Part shown: positions 48,446 through 59,209 of the stretch, in pieces
Layout: every line of letters begins with the position of its first letter
Numbering within the stretch: position 1 is the first letter of the stretch
Virus record (IMG/VR): IMGVR_UViG_2654588052_000002
Span: 1 to 64,000 of that record
Strand: one strand, 5' to 3'
Source: an uncultured virus (IMG/VR IMGVR_UViG_2654588052_000002)
Taxonomy: Duplodnaviria; Heunggongvirae; Uroviricota; Caudoviricetes
DNA: 64,000 nucleotides
Notes under the pieces: model-generated
The model's database searches: none
Told to the model about the DNA's origin: nothing
The model's input: only the letters and a program-made list of their open reading frames with translations
Program-made: the position numbers and the translations under genes

Positions 48446-50050
48446 TTGAAGAAGTTGTTTTCATTTTTACTATTTGTATTTGTAATCTTTTCAGCGAACA
48501 ATATTTCATTTGCTGATGAGGTTATACCATTTAACAAATCATTCTTTGCATATAACGAGCCAAAGTTTACATCTGCAAAGGGAAATGGTGGAGCTCAATA
48601 TGGACCTCAAAAAGCTCTAACTGTAAAAGAGAAGCGTTCAAATGGTTGGTGGAAGATAGGAACTTGGGAAGGTGATAAGTGGATTAATGCCGATGGGGAA
48701 CTTCAATACTTTGATAAACCATTTTTAGCATTCTATGAACCTTCATTTTCGTCTCAAAAAGGTAATATGGAAATACCGTATAGCCCTACTACTGTTAGAG
48801 TAATTGATGGAAATACAGCGGGATGGTTAAAGTTTCAATCTTGGGAAGGCGACAAATGGATGTATCCAGGTGTTGCAGAGACGGCAGCACTTAATAAAAA
48901 TTTCTATAGCTATAATGAACCGTCGCTTATAGCAACTAAAGGAGCAGGTGGAAGTCAATTTGGTCCTCAAAAATTCTTACCAGTATTAGAAAAACGTTCT
49001 GATGGTTGGTGGAAAGTAATTACATATGAAGGTCATAAATGGATTGCTCCTGACGGAATCAAAATGCCAGTGAATGCTAATTTTACTACTTTTGATGAGC
49101 CTTATTTAGAAGCTAAAAAAAGTTCTGTGTTTGGTCCTCAAAAAAATTTAGTTGCCTATGATGGAAAAAAGACAGAGCAGGGAGATTTTTATCTAGTTGG
49201 TACATATTTGGGACAGAAATGGATGTCACTTAATGCTGAAAAAGAGTTCAATGAAAAAAGGGAACCTCTCCGTCAGGCATTAGGTTACAATGAAAATGAT
49301 ATTGGACCAGATAAAACACCTCAACAAAGAGTTGCAGAAGTAAAAGCTTCTTTAAGAGCACAAGGACTTGATGATAAATTTGAGGCTGTAAGAATACCTA
49401 CAGAAGAAGAAAAAGCTGAGTTTTTAAGAAAAGAAGCAGAAAAACAACAGAATCCAAAGCAAGGCGTAGCACGTGCTGGAACAGTAACTTCATCTTGGAA
49501 CATACCAGATGATTGGGTGCAAAAAGGTGACATTGTTGTTACACCAGACTCTAACTACGGTATTACAGGACATTCGGGTATTATCGGTAAAGACTTCACT
49601 GAAACACAAGGATTCTCGGGTGCTAATAAAGGAGAATATCTATTAGTACATGCACCAGGAACATCAGCATCGCCTGCAATCAAAATAATGCCTTTATCAA
49701 AATGGGAGTTTATCCATAAGGGAAATCAGGAATACTCTAACTTTGTATATTTAAGGTATAAAAAAGATAAGGGAGCTGCATTTAGAGCTGCTGATTATGC
49801 GTATAATCATTTCTATCAGAATGGATCTAAATATCGATACGATATTTTTGGAACTTCTGCAAAGAGTAACGATTATAAAACATATTGTTCTAAATTAGTT
49901 TACTTATCATTCAGAGATGGAGCAGGAGTAGATTTCTTCCCAGTAAGTAATTTCTATATTGTACATCCTTATGATTTCTTACGTCCAATGCCAGCTGCGC
50001 TTGGATTAAGACCTTATTTCTTTGGTAAGGGTGGAATGTGGTGGGGTTAA
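48446..50050 (+). CDS. Secreted repeat protein with permuted papain-like NlpC/P60 (YycO/YiiX-like) domain
   Basis: Signal peptide; ~60-aa repeats ending WEGDKW; GDIVVT..GHSGI..YCSKLVY. Confidence 0.8.
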   Translation: MKKLFSFLLFVFVIFSANNISFADEVIPFNKSFFAYNEPKFTSAKGNGGAQYGPQKALTVKEKRSNGWWKIGTWEGDKWINADGELQYFDKPFLAFYEPSFSSQKGNMEIPYSPTTVRVIDGNTAGWLKFQSWEGDKWMYPGVAETAALNKNFYSYNEPSLIATKGAGGSQFGPQKFLPVLEKRSDGWWKVITYEGHKWIAPDGIKMPVNANFTTFDEPYLEAKKSSVFGPQKNLVAYDGKKTEQGDFYLVGTYLGQKWMSLNAEKEFNEKREPLRQALGYNENDIGPDKTPQQRVAEVKASLRAQGLDDKFEAVRIPTEEEKAEFLRKEAEKQQNPKQGVARAGTVTSSWNIPDDWVQKGDIVVTPDSNYGITGHSGIIGKDFTETQGFSGANKGEYLLVHAPGTSASPAIKIMPLSKWEFIHKGNQEYSNFVYLRYKKDKGAAFRAADYAYNHFYQNGSKYRYDIFGTSAKSNDYKTYCSKLVYLSFRDGAGVDFFPVSNFYIVHPYDFLRPMPAALGLRPYFFGKGGMWWG

Positions 50051-50161
50051 AATATAACTCTATCATATAAAATATAAAAATGTCCTACATAAAATGTAGG
50101 ACATTTTTTATTTTAAAAAAGCCATCCTAAGATATCTTCCTCCGACTGGATTAAATATTAA

Positions 50162-50509
50162 TCAGTTTAGTTCGTCGTGTTTTCCTTGTTCGTCATGATC
50201 TTGTCCAAATTCAATTTTGCCAGTATGAGGATTATCCCAACGTACGTATTTGTACCATATGTTTGGTTCATCTTTAAATATAACATGTGCTCCATATTGA
50301 GTTTGTTTACTATCAAAAAAAGGTTTAATTTCTAAAACATCTGACTTTGCGTACCCTTTTTCTTCTAGATGCCACATTATACCTATAATGGCTTCTTCTC
50401 TTAATTTCGAATCACCTGTAATAAAATAACGATCTATTATTCCTTTTCCGATTATAAATAAACCAATTATAAGTAATACAGATGTAATTATAAGAGCCCT
50501 TTTTTGCAT
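50162..50509 (-). CDS. Single-TM protein (DUF3139-like)
   Basis: N-terminal TM; HLEEKGY..V.FKDEP..WY.Y. Confidence 0.7.
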   Translation of the reverse strand: MQKRALIITSVLLIIGLFIIGKGIIDRYFITGDSKLREEAIIGIMWHLEEKGYAKSDVLEIKPFFDSKQTQYGAHVIFKDEPNIWYKYVRWDNPHTGKIEFGQDHDEQGKHDELN

Positions 50510-51331
50510 GTATAAATATCCTCCTTATTTTAATTTATCCTTTATATAATAATAAGGGAATTGTACTGTAAAATATAGATTTAAGAATAAGAAAAGACAC
50601 CCTAAGATGCCTTCCTCCGACTTGAACCATCTTAATTTTATTATGTTGTTATTATATAAGAAAAGAAGACATCGATTAAGATGTCTTCTTTTACTGGTAA
50701 ACTTGGTGTTAAGAAGGTATTGTATTGCTTGAAAACCATAAAAAATATAACAATCATCGAGTAAACCTATTATAGCATCAATAAATAGAGTTTTTATATG
50801 CATTTTTACATATATATAGATTTATCTATATTTTATCTATATAGTTAAATTGTCTGTTTCTTGTTTTAATTCGTTTATTTATTTTGAGTGCTCCAGTAAT
50901 GGAGCCTTTTTTTATGCAATAAAACATTTTCTTACCATTACTTAGTTGGTCTATATTAACTTTATCCTCTTAAATTATATCTATATTTTACCAAATACTT
51001 ATATAGATAACCAGTTTTTTCTAATAATCTAATCAATTGATAATTTTAATGTTATTTGTTAATCCTTATAGGAAAATTTATCATGCAATGAAAATTTAGA
51101 AATTAAGAATTATAAAAACTCATAGTATCTTTGGGAAAAACATATTTATAATTTGTATATTAATATGTTATAATTTGATTTCTAAAACTACCCAAAAAGG
51201 ACTGCCAGTAATGGTGGTCTTTTTTATATTGGTGAGATTTTACTAGTATGATAGAATAGGATTAACTGTATATTGTGAGGGTGATTGGTTATCCCTTCTT
51301 TCCATTTGGAAGGAAAGGGGGTGATATACCT

Positions 51332-51487
51332 ATGGAGTTTTTGTTTGAGCTTCTAAAAGAATTTGTGAAAGCCATTGTACGTGAAGTTTCTGCGTATGTT
51401 TTTAGGAAACAAATTTTAGAAAAAGATAACAAAAAACCCACTCCTCGTCGCCGTCCAAAGCAAAAGGGTGGGTTTCGTAAAAAATAA
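51332..51487 (+). CDS. Putative type I toxin peptide (51 aa)
   Basis: RBS GAAAGGGGGTGA inside a hairpin; amphipathic N-terminus, basic tail; convergent antisense unit. Confidence 0.6.
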   Translation: MEFLFELLKEFVKAIVREVSAYVFRKQILEKDNKKPTPRRRPKQKGGFRKK

Positions 51488-51585
51488 ATGATATAACCAC
51501 CACCCTGACGGTAGCAGTTATTAGAAGAGATGTTAGCGCATCTCTTCTTTTATTATATACACAAGCTATTACTGTAATACTACTA
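51430..51585 (-). ncRNA. Putative antitoxin RNA
   Basis: TTGATT-N16-TATAAT with TG extension (51618-51591); terminator AAACCCAC..GTGGGTTTTTT inside the toxin ORF. Confidence 0.5.
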
Positions 51586-51689
51586 CAGCAATTATATCAA
51601 ATGTACATAAAAAATCAATGAGCACGTAATAGATATAATGTACAAAAGAAAAGATACGCAAAGGTGCCTTTTTTCAATTTATTACATCC

Positions 51690-52133
51690 CTAATTGATTG
51701 TAAATAGATTTGAATACGTGAATTCACCACGATATTTAATTGCAGCCACATAAGTACCACTTGTATAGCTATCTGTGATAGGGGTTTGCCAAATTTCTGT
51801 TCCAGGAATAAATTCCGGTTCTATTGTTTGGAATCGTTCTAGGGTACCATTTGTGTGGATTTTAAAAATTTTCATTTGCGCACCAAAATGTTCTCTACCA
51901 AAGTGCTGTGTTAAGTAAAATGTATCACCAGTTATTAAATTCTTAATCTTCCAATCTGGTTGATATGTACTTTCCTCTGAATTTTGTAAATCCACAATGG
52001 TTTTAAATCCCCAATCATCATTAAGTGGATCTGAGTAAGCTGCAGCTGCTTGTGAGGTAGGCTTACTCATTTCTATTGCAGTAAAACCGCTAAAAGTTAA
52101 CGCACCAATTAATGCTAATTTTCCTAACTTCAT
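51690..52133 (-). CDS. Secreted protein, DUF5065-like
   Basis: MKLGKLALIGALTFSG signal; paralog of next gene. Confidence 0.78.
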   Translation of the reverse strand: MKLGKLALIGALTFSGFTAIEMSKPTSQAAAAYSDPLNDDWGFKTIVDLQNSEESTYQPDWKIKNLITGDTFYLTQHFGREHFGAQMKIFKIHTNGTLERFQTIEPEFIPGTEIWQTPITDSYTSGTYVAAIKYRGEFTYSNLFTIN

Positions 52134-52328
52134 TATTGTTTCCCCCTATTAATTTTTGTAAGTTTTAAAACCAGAAATCATACACACATAATAATATAAT
52201 CCACTGTATTATATTTCAAATATTTTCTAAAAAAATCCATAAATAAAAAGGCACCTTTGGGGTGCCTTCCTGTGACTTGAACCACTTTATCATTACAATA
52301 AAGATGGCGTTTACAAGGATAATTGTTA

Positions 52329-52799
52329 TTATTTATTAATTGTAAACCAATCACTTACGCCGTAACCTATTGAATCATTGACATGTTTTATAACAGCAAT
52401 ATAGCTACCAGGAGTATATACATCTGTAATTACAGTTGACCAAGTAGGGTTTTGGTAATTAGCATCAAATTGAGGATAAATTGTTCTATAGCGTACAGGT
52501 TTTTTTCCAGCTTCAACTTTAAAAATCTTCATAACAGCTCCTGAGTCATCTTTTATTGAGCTAAGAGAGTAATTTAAGATATCTCCAGTTCTATATGATT
52601 TTTTAACCATGTGTGCATTTGGAAATTTGGATAGATATTCAAAATTATTTGGTGATGAAAATCCCCAACTATCATTATATGGATCAGAATATGGTTCTTC
52701 ATAAGCTGCTGCAGCTTGTGAAGTAGGTTTAATCATTTCTACTGCAGTAAATCCCCCAAATGTTAATACTCCAACTAATGCTAATTTTCCTAATTTCAT
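52329..52799 (-). CDS. Secreted protein, DUF5065-like
   Basis: MKLGKLALVGVLTFGG signal; shared D.WGF, MKIFK, ITD.YT.G.Y.A, FTIN motifs. Confidence 0.78.
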   Translation of the reverse strand: MKLGKLALVGVLTFGGFTAVEMIKPTSQAAAAYEEPYSDPYNDSWGFSSPNNFEYLSKFPNAHMVKKSYRTGDILNYSLSSIKDDSGAVMKIFKVEAGKKPVRYRTIYPQFDANYQNPTWSTVITDVYTPGSYIAVIKHVNDSIGYGVSDWFTINK

Positions 52800-53075
52800 T
52801 AAAAATCCCCCTAAATATTTTAATTTAAATAATTACAATATAATGATATACTATTATGTATATTTTTTCAAATAATTTCTAAAAAAAGTTATAAATTCAA
52901 AAAAAATACACCTTAAGGTGCCTTCCTCCGACTTGAATCACTTTAATTCTAAGAATATGTATTGGACTCCCATTCAAGTATTATTTTTCTCAATGAATAA
53001 TTGGTATATTTTAGGGTGTTTTTTACTATTTTTATGTTAAGATATTTTGGTTGATATTCATCTTATTTTAGGAGG

Positions 53076-53381
53076 TTGGAAGATCTGTTACATGCTTTTC
53101 ATATGGATTTTAGTTTCTATACCGAAAGTATAAAAGTTTTAGGGTTATTAGGGAATTCTACTCGCTTATCAATTGTTTGTAAATTGATTACATATGGATC
53201 GTTGTCAGTTTCTGATTTAAGTAAGCAAACAAGAATTACAGAGGATTTGATTGTACAACATTTGCGTAAATTAGCCTCTGGAAATATTGTAATTAGTGAA
53301 CGTATAGGGAAAAGGCTTTATTTCAAAATAAAAGATAATAAAACAATTGAGATTATTAAGGTATTAGGATTAATAAGTTAA
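53076..53381 (+). CDS. ArsR/SmtB-family HTH regulator
   Basis: LGNSTRLSIV, SVSDLS, QHLRKL, ERIGKRLYF. Confidence 0.78.
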   Translation: MEDLLHAFHMDFSFYTESIKVLGLLGNSTRLSIVCKLITYGSLSVSDLSKQTRITEDLIVQHLRKLASGNIVISERIGKRLYFKIKDNKTIEIIKVLGLIS

Positions 53382-53515
53382 TTTTAATTACTTTCAATAT
53401 AAATGATTTTGCTATAACTCAATTGTGCAAAATTATATTTAGCCCGCCTATGGAAATAGGTAGGTTTTTAATATACAAAAAGGCGCCCATATAAGGGTGC
53501 CTTTTCCAATAGTTT

Positions 53516-53626
53516 TTAGCAGAAACAACTGCATCCGATAATGATTAATAAAATAAACAATACAACTAATAAAGCGAAACCTCCAGCGAAACCGCAGCCT
53601 TCGCCACAACTACCACCATATCCCAT
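53516..53626 (-). CDS. YjcZ/SscA-family small sporulation peptide (36 aa, not in ORF track)
   Basis: MGYGGSCGEGCGFAGGFALLVVLFILLIIIGCSCFC; AAAGGAGG RBS. Confidence 0.88.
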   Translation of the reverse strand: MGYGGSCGEGCGFAGGFALLVVLFILLIIIGCSCFC

Positions 53627-53826
53627 AACAATAGTGCCTCCTTTAGATTAGAGGGTAAAACTAGGGTTCATTCCATGGATTTTAATGGGTTCACTTTACC
53701 TTATGTTTTCAAGAATGAATTGAGAAGGTCCTTTTGAAAATAGAGAAAAGACGCCATAAGGCGCCTTCCTTTTAGGTAGATAAGACTTTAGTTTTCCAAT
53801 AAAAAAGCCGTTAATTTGAGAATTAT

Positions 53827-54387
53827 TTATTTTTGGATTATAAGAGTGCTCTCACATTTACGACAAGTAATCTTCTCTTCCTCAAAAATGAATAGATTTT
53901 CAGCATCACATTCTGGGCATACAACTGCAAATGGTGTTTTTATATTTTTATAGCATAGGAAAGAAAAGAATGCCATGATTAGAGCAGGTATAATAAGCAT
54001 CATAATTAAGAATAGGCCCGCAAAAACGCCTGTAATTATGGAAAGTGGTTTCATTAGTTTTCTACCTACGGAGTTTACTTGATTATCCTTTTTACGAAAA
54101 GCAGTAACAAGGTAAGTTTGGGTTTCTTTTACTGGCCTAAATGCATTTACCGTATTGCCATCTTGTTCATCCATAGTGGGATAGGAAGTGTTTGGTCCTT
54201 GATATCCTCGTTGTATATAATAATTGTTTGACTCAGCTATTCGTGGTGTATACGAGATTCCAGTTCCAGGTACATAAGTTGTTGTTCTTGATTCAGGTGA
54301 AATAGAGTTCCCTCCCATACCTGTGTATGTAAAGTTAATTTTCACACCCGGAGAAAACTGGATAATTCTACGAAATTTATAACCCAT
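53827..54387 (-). CDS. DUF4236-like membrane protein with zinc ribbon
   Basis: MGYKFRR..PGVKINF..PGTGISY; TM pair; CPEC..CRKC. Confidence 0.75.
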   Translation of the reverse strand: MGYKFRRIIQFSPGVKINFTYTGMGGNSISPESRTTTYVPGTGISYTPRIAESNNYYIQRGYQGPNTSYPTMDEQDGNTVNAFRPVKETQTYLVTAFRKKDNQVNSVGRKLMKPLSIITGVFAGLFLIMMLIIPALIMAFFSFLCYKNIKTPFAVVCPECDAENLFIFEEEKITCRKCESTLIIQK

Positions 54388-54683
54388 AATATTGTATCCT
54401 CTCCATCTAATTAATATAATTATTTACTAATTATAACATTTTTTAACTTAATATTAATATATTAAGTTAAAACAGAATAATAAAAAAGAGTAATATTGAA
54501 GTTTACTAATTTAAGGCGTTTTAGAGTCCTTTTTTATAAAAAAAAAGACACCCAAAGGTGCCTTCCGACTTGAACCACTTTAATTTTAATAATATGTATT
54601 GGACTCCCGTCCAAATATTATTTTACTACCTTAAGTAATGTCAGTTGTTAAGAAAAAAAGGCACTCTTTCGAGTACCTTTTTC

Positions 54684-55202
54684 CTATTCTACTTTTAAAT
54701 TAATTTCTTTACCTGTCATACCGCCACTAGCTTTTAAGAAAAGTCCTTCAGCATCTTTTGGTATATCAAATACAATTTTCCCTGTCTGTGTTAGACCAGG
54801 ATTTAATTGTTTTAAGAAGAAGTCAGTTTTTCCACCGTTAGCTAAGTCAAAAGATGATTGACCTTGTACAGAAGATGTGAATTCACGACCTTTGTTATCT
54901 ACCAATTTAAAGCTGTTAGTATCAACAGTGATAGCGTCTTTTTGATTATTAGTAAGTGTAACTTCTAAAATCTTAAAGACACCTTGTGCTTGTTCTTTTG
55001 AGTATTCATTACCCACAGAATCTACTGTTTCCATAGATCCTACAGAGATTTTCACATCAGAAGATACACCTTCTTTTGATACCGCTTTAGTGTCTGTTGA
55101 AGTTTGTTCTGTTGAATCTCCACCACCAGCAACCATAGCAATTATTCCGATTACAAATAAAGCTATAATGCCTAGGCATCCAAACTTAAATATTTTTCCC
55201 AC
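54684..55202 (-). CDS. DUF4352-family membrane-anchored protein
   Basis: TM anchor; FKLVDNKGREF, QLNPGLTQTGKIVFDIP. Confidence 0.82.
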   Translation of the reverse strand: MGKIFKFGCLGIIALFVIGIIAMVAGGGDSTEQTSTDTKAVSKEGVSSDVKISVGSMETVDSVGNEYSKEQAQGVFKILEVTLTNNQKDAITVDTNSFKLVDNKGREFTSSVQGQSSFDLANGGKTDFFLKQLNPGLTQTGKIVFDIPKDAEGLFLKASGGMTGKEINLKVE

Positions 55203-55487
55203 GTTTGTTCCTCCAATTATGTAAAATGTAAGATTGCCACGTTAATAATAACAAATTAAATATCTTTATATTGTCATATTATGTCGAAAGGAAATAAAAA
55301 GATAGTTTAGAAGTTTTAGACTATATTTCTGTCCTATAATTTATTTTTCCCATCTATCTCTTATTCATAAAGAAAAGACACCCTAAGGTGCCTTCCTCTG
55401 ACTTGAACCATCTTAATTAAAATAATATGTATTGGACTCCCATCCAATTATTATTTTACCATGTTTATTATCTGTTTTATTAAATTA

Positions 55488-56123
55488 TTACTGGGCCTCT
55501 TGCTCACCTTTAGCTTTCATTTGTTTTTCATATACATATTTTGCTGTTGAAAAATCAGTAGGAAAATCACGTAGTGCCTTATTTATAATATTTAATTCTT
55601 CTTGCGACTTAATTTCAATGTTATTTAAATAGTCAAATGCTTTGGATTGTTTATTTGCAACATAATTTTGAGTAGAATAATCATCTGGGAAGTCTTTCTT
55701 AGCTTTTTCTTTAACCTTATTCATAGCTTCTGTTTTGTCGATGTTCTTTACTGGGTTCGCTAATGTTCCAGTAGTTTGTTCCGGTTTAGGTACTTCTTTC
55801 TTTTCCGGTTGAGACTCCGGCTTTACGTCTTCTTTTTTAGGCTGTTCTTGTTCTTGCGGTTTAGGTGTTTCTTGACTCGGCTGTGTAGTTTGTTGAAGTG
55901 ACCTAGTTTGCTCTTTTTCATAGGAGTCTACTTTAGATTTCAACTCTTTGATTTGTGTTTTTAATTCTTGCTGTTCATTAAAGTGTTGATCGATAAGTTT
56001 ATCCATATCTTTTTGTGAATACTTAGGTTTCATATCTTCTGATTTGGAATCTTTAAAAATAGCTACGGAAGCAATGATAGCTACTAGTACAGCGATAATT
56101 CCAATGATTAGTTTTTTGTTCAT
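55488..56123 (-). CDS. Membrane-anchored protein with PQE-rich linker and duplicated DFP.D.ST..YV motif
   Basis: N-terminal TM; two C-terminal repeats. Confidence 0.75.
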   Translation of the reverse strand: MNKKLIIGIIAVLVAIIASVAIFKDSKSEDMKPKYSQKDMDKLIDQHFNEQQELKTQIKELKSKVDSYEKEQTRSLQQTTQPSQETPKPQEQEQPKKEDVKPESQPEKKEVPKPEQTTGTLANPVKNIDKTEAMNKVKEKAKKDFPDDYSTQNYVANKQSKAFDYLNNIEIKSQEELNIINKALRDFPTDFSTAKYVYEKQMKAKGEQEAQ

Positions 56124-56418
56124 TTATGTTCCTCCTAGAATACAATAATATTATTATATAACAATTAAATGATTGTAGGTAGAAAAAAAGACACCCAAAG
56201 GTGCCTTCCTCCGACTTGAACCATCTTAATTTTGAAAAATGGCATTGAAGGAATTTCTTTATTTATAACTATATTAGGGATGTTAATAATGGTATTTTAT
56301 AGTGATATGAAAAAATTAATTATTAATGAATTTAAAATAAAAAGAAGACCGAACTAGAATAACAATCTAGTTCGGTCTTCTTTTTATTTGTTTACTTGGA
56401 AAACTTAATTAAAGTTTC

Positions 56419-56712
56419 TTAATTATTACTTGTTCGCCATCCTTCATAATGGCCTGTCCATGAATTTTTACTTACTTCAGTTGCTCCTTTTAAATACCAA
56501 GTCACTCCATCCCACTCTTTTACAGTAGGTATTTCCCCTTTTGATTTGTAACCAGGAAAGTCTTGTTTTTCTTTTTTCTTAACAAAACTTTTTTTATTAT
56601 CAATCGTTTTTAATTTTACACCTGTATCAGTAGGTGTTTCCGCAAGTACTCCTCCAGCACCAGATAACATAATTCCAGTTGCTAATGTTCCAATTATTAC
56701 TTTCTTGAACAT
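56419..56712 (-). CDS. Secreted LCI-like antimicrobial peptide precursor
   Basis: Signal peptide; WDGVTWYLKG..WTGHYEG resembles LCI (LDGTKWIFK..WVGIYE). Confidence 0.6.
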   Translation of the reverse strand: MFKKVIIGTLATGIMLSGAGGVLAETPTDTGVKLKTIDNKKSFVKKKEKQDFPGYKSKGEIPTVKEWDGVTWYLKGATEVSKNSWTGHYEGWRTSNN

Positions 56713-57519
56713 GAAAAATCCCCCTTTTTTGGAATGAATATTACATAAATAACAATACCATATTATTTGTATTTTCTAACATTTGAATTTATTTATAAAT
56801 ATTTAATTGAATATTCAAACTATACAATTAAAATGAAAAGATTTAAAAATAATTAGTTCTATTAGTAGTGAATCTCAAGTCAATGATTGGAAGAAAACTA
56901 AATTATTTATGGGGTAAGAAGTATAGAACTCAAACTTTTTTTTGAATTTATATTCAAAAGTTTACTTTCAAATTAGAAAAGGCTAGTCCCTCGATACCCT
57001 TTTTGGAAATAAAGAAAAGACACCCTAAGGCGCCTTCCTTCGACTTGAACCACCTCATATTAATGCAGTATAAATTAATAAAATAATTTATATAAATATT
57101 TTGTTATACTTCCATGTCCCCTAGCTGATATAATGTATAAGGAAATTATTGGCTAATTAATAGTACATATATATTTGGTGTACTGCCAATATCTTAACGA
57201 AAATACATACTAAGCAAGATTTGACATGAAAAAGCGTTGATTTTACTACTCTTAGCGATATCTCCAACAAATGCACTTTAATGTAAAAGATGCGCCTTCT
57301 CCAGTAATTATGGATGATATTTTACTGATTTTTATAAAGATGAATTATAAGAGGTTTACACTCTTATTTATAAGCATCTAATATTTTTGGATACACACAC
57401 ATTAGATAGATCTAAAAGGGCTGTTATAAACGAATATGAGAAGCCTTTTTAAAAGATATTTTCTGGTTTAATATTTTTATTAGAAATGAAATGTTTGTTT
57501 TTTAAAGGGGGTAGCGATA

Positions 57520-59097
57520 TTGATAAGATTTATAATGCTTGATAATAAACAAAATGAATTTAATTTCAAAAATTATACAGATGAATTAATGCGTAAAGTT
57601 GAACAAACTTTAAATTTAACACACTTATCATTTAATCATACTGAGGAATCTAAACGTAGTTGTTCTCTAATCTTAGCTGAAAAAGAATATTTTGTTGACT
57701 TTAGCATTATGTTTAATCTGCTTGGGGCTGATCAACTAAGAGTAGATATTTCAACAAAAGAAAATACTGCTGTTGATAAGGATTTACATAATTTGAAAAT
57801 AATGTTGAAAGACCTAATGGTAGAAGAATGGATGCAATGTGTTTGGCTTGTAGATTATCAATCAGAAGAATTTGCTGAAGATCTATATAAAAATATTCAC
57901 TCTGTTGAAAATAGTTTACGACGTCTAATTAATGCTGTTTTATCTCATCATTTAGGAATTGAATGGTGGAGTTTCATGCCCACTCACTTAACAAAAAAAT
58001 ATTCCCAAAGAATCAATGGTTATCGAGAGAAAGCACCAGGATTTAAAGATGTCTATGCAAATTTGTTATCCATTGATACTAGCGATTTGATTAGCATTCT
58101 AAAATTCAAGACATATAAGATAAAAAGTCAATCAATTTTTAACACACCTGACCCTTTTTCACCTGATTCATTGGTTCATAATCCAGCTCTTGTTCAATTT
58201 CAATATATTATGAGTGATATTATAAATAATGATAAATCAATAGAAGATCATAGAGCTGATTTGACTAAATTATTAGAGGAACAAATGGAAGTAGATATAG
58301 ATTTTTGGGAAAGTTTTTTTTCTCCATTATTTTCTTGTACACTAAGGGAGTTTAGTGGGAAATGGGAGAATTTTAGTAAGGATAGGAATCACGTAGCTCA
58401 TAATAAGTTAATTGATGATAAGCTCTATCGAAAATTTAAGAGGGTTATGGATGATTTATTTGGGAAAATAACCGAAGCAGAGGAAAAGTTTGAGGAGGTT
58501 CTAAAAATAAAATCTGATGACTTCCTAGAATATATGAAGATGTACGAAGCTGAAAATCTTCATAGAGTCCAAATCGAATCTAGACAGGCCATTGCAGAAC
58601 AGGCAGGAATAGAGATTCTGAGTCAAGATCAAATCTTTTTCTTATTTCTAGAGCATGTTCATGAAACTTTTGGAAATATTAGCGATACAATTTACTATAG
58701 AACTGATATTGATGTGACTTATGATGAACCTGAAACATTAGAATCAGAAAAGATATTCGAGGTTAAAAATAATATTCTTGGAACAAGTATACATGTAGAT
58801 GCGGATACACTAATAGACGAAGAAGTTGGATGCACTAGTACATTGAAACTATCAGTTTATTATAATGCTAATCTCAAGGAAAACTTTGAAATTAGTTTTT
58901 TAAATGGTGAGGCAGAATATAATGATGATCAAGGTACTTATATGCCTAAAATAGCAGATGAGCTTGACGTTTCAGATTTAGAAAAAATAGAGAATTATAT
59001 CTTTGGATTATTAGAAAAAGAGATGCCAGAGATTTCTGAGGATGATCTTGCTTCCTTTATTCGTGAAACTATAAAAAGAAATTCTGGAGATTTTTGA
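57520..59097 (+). CDS. HEPN-domain protein, probable defence RNase
   Basis: LYKNIHSVENSLRRLI helix and RNHVAH (Rx4H) at 58384-58401. Confidence 0.7.
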   Translation: MIRFIMLDNKQNEFNFKNYTDELMRKVEQTLNLTHLSFNHTEESKRSCSLILAEKEYFVDFSIMFNLLGADQLRVDISTKENTAVDKDLHNLKIMLKDLMVEEWMQCVWLVDYQSEEFAEDLYKNIHSVENSLRRLINAVLSHHLGIEWWSFMPTHLTKKYSQRINGYREKAPGFKDVYANLLSIDTSDLISILKFKTYKIKSQSIFNTPDPFSPDSLVHNPALVQFQYIMSDIINNDKSIEDHRADLTKLLEEQMEVDIDFWESFFSPLFSCTLREFSGKWENFSKDRNHVAHNKLIDDKLYRKFKRVMDDLFGKITEAEEKFEEVLKIKSDDFLEYMKMYEAENLHRVQIESRQAIAEQAGIEILSQDQIFFLFLEHVHETFGNISDTIYYRTDIDVTYDEPETLESEKIFEVKNNILGTSIHVDADTLIDEEVGCTSTLKLSVYYNANLKENFEISFLNGEAEYNDDQGTYMPKIADELDVSDLEKIENYIFGLLEKEMPEISEDDLASFIRETIKRNSGDF

Positions 59098-59209
59098 GAA
59101 TAATCTTGCTTTGTTTGTGTGTGAAAGGTAGGGGGAATTAACTACTTTAAAATAACAGTTTTTAAAGTAGTTAATTTATGTTTAATAATATATAGAAGGT
59201 GAGAACATA

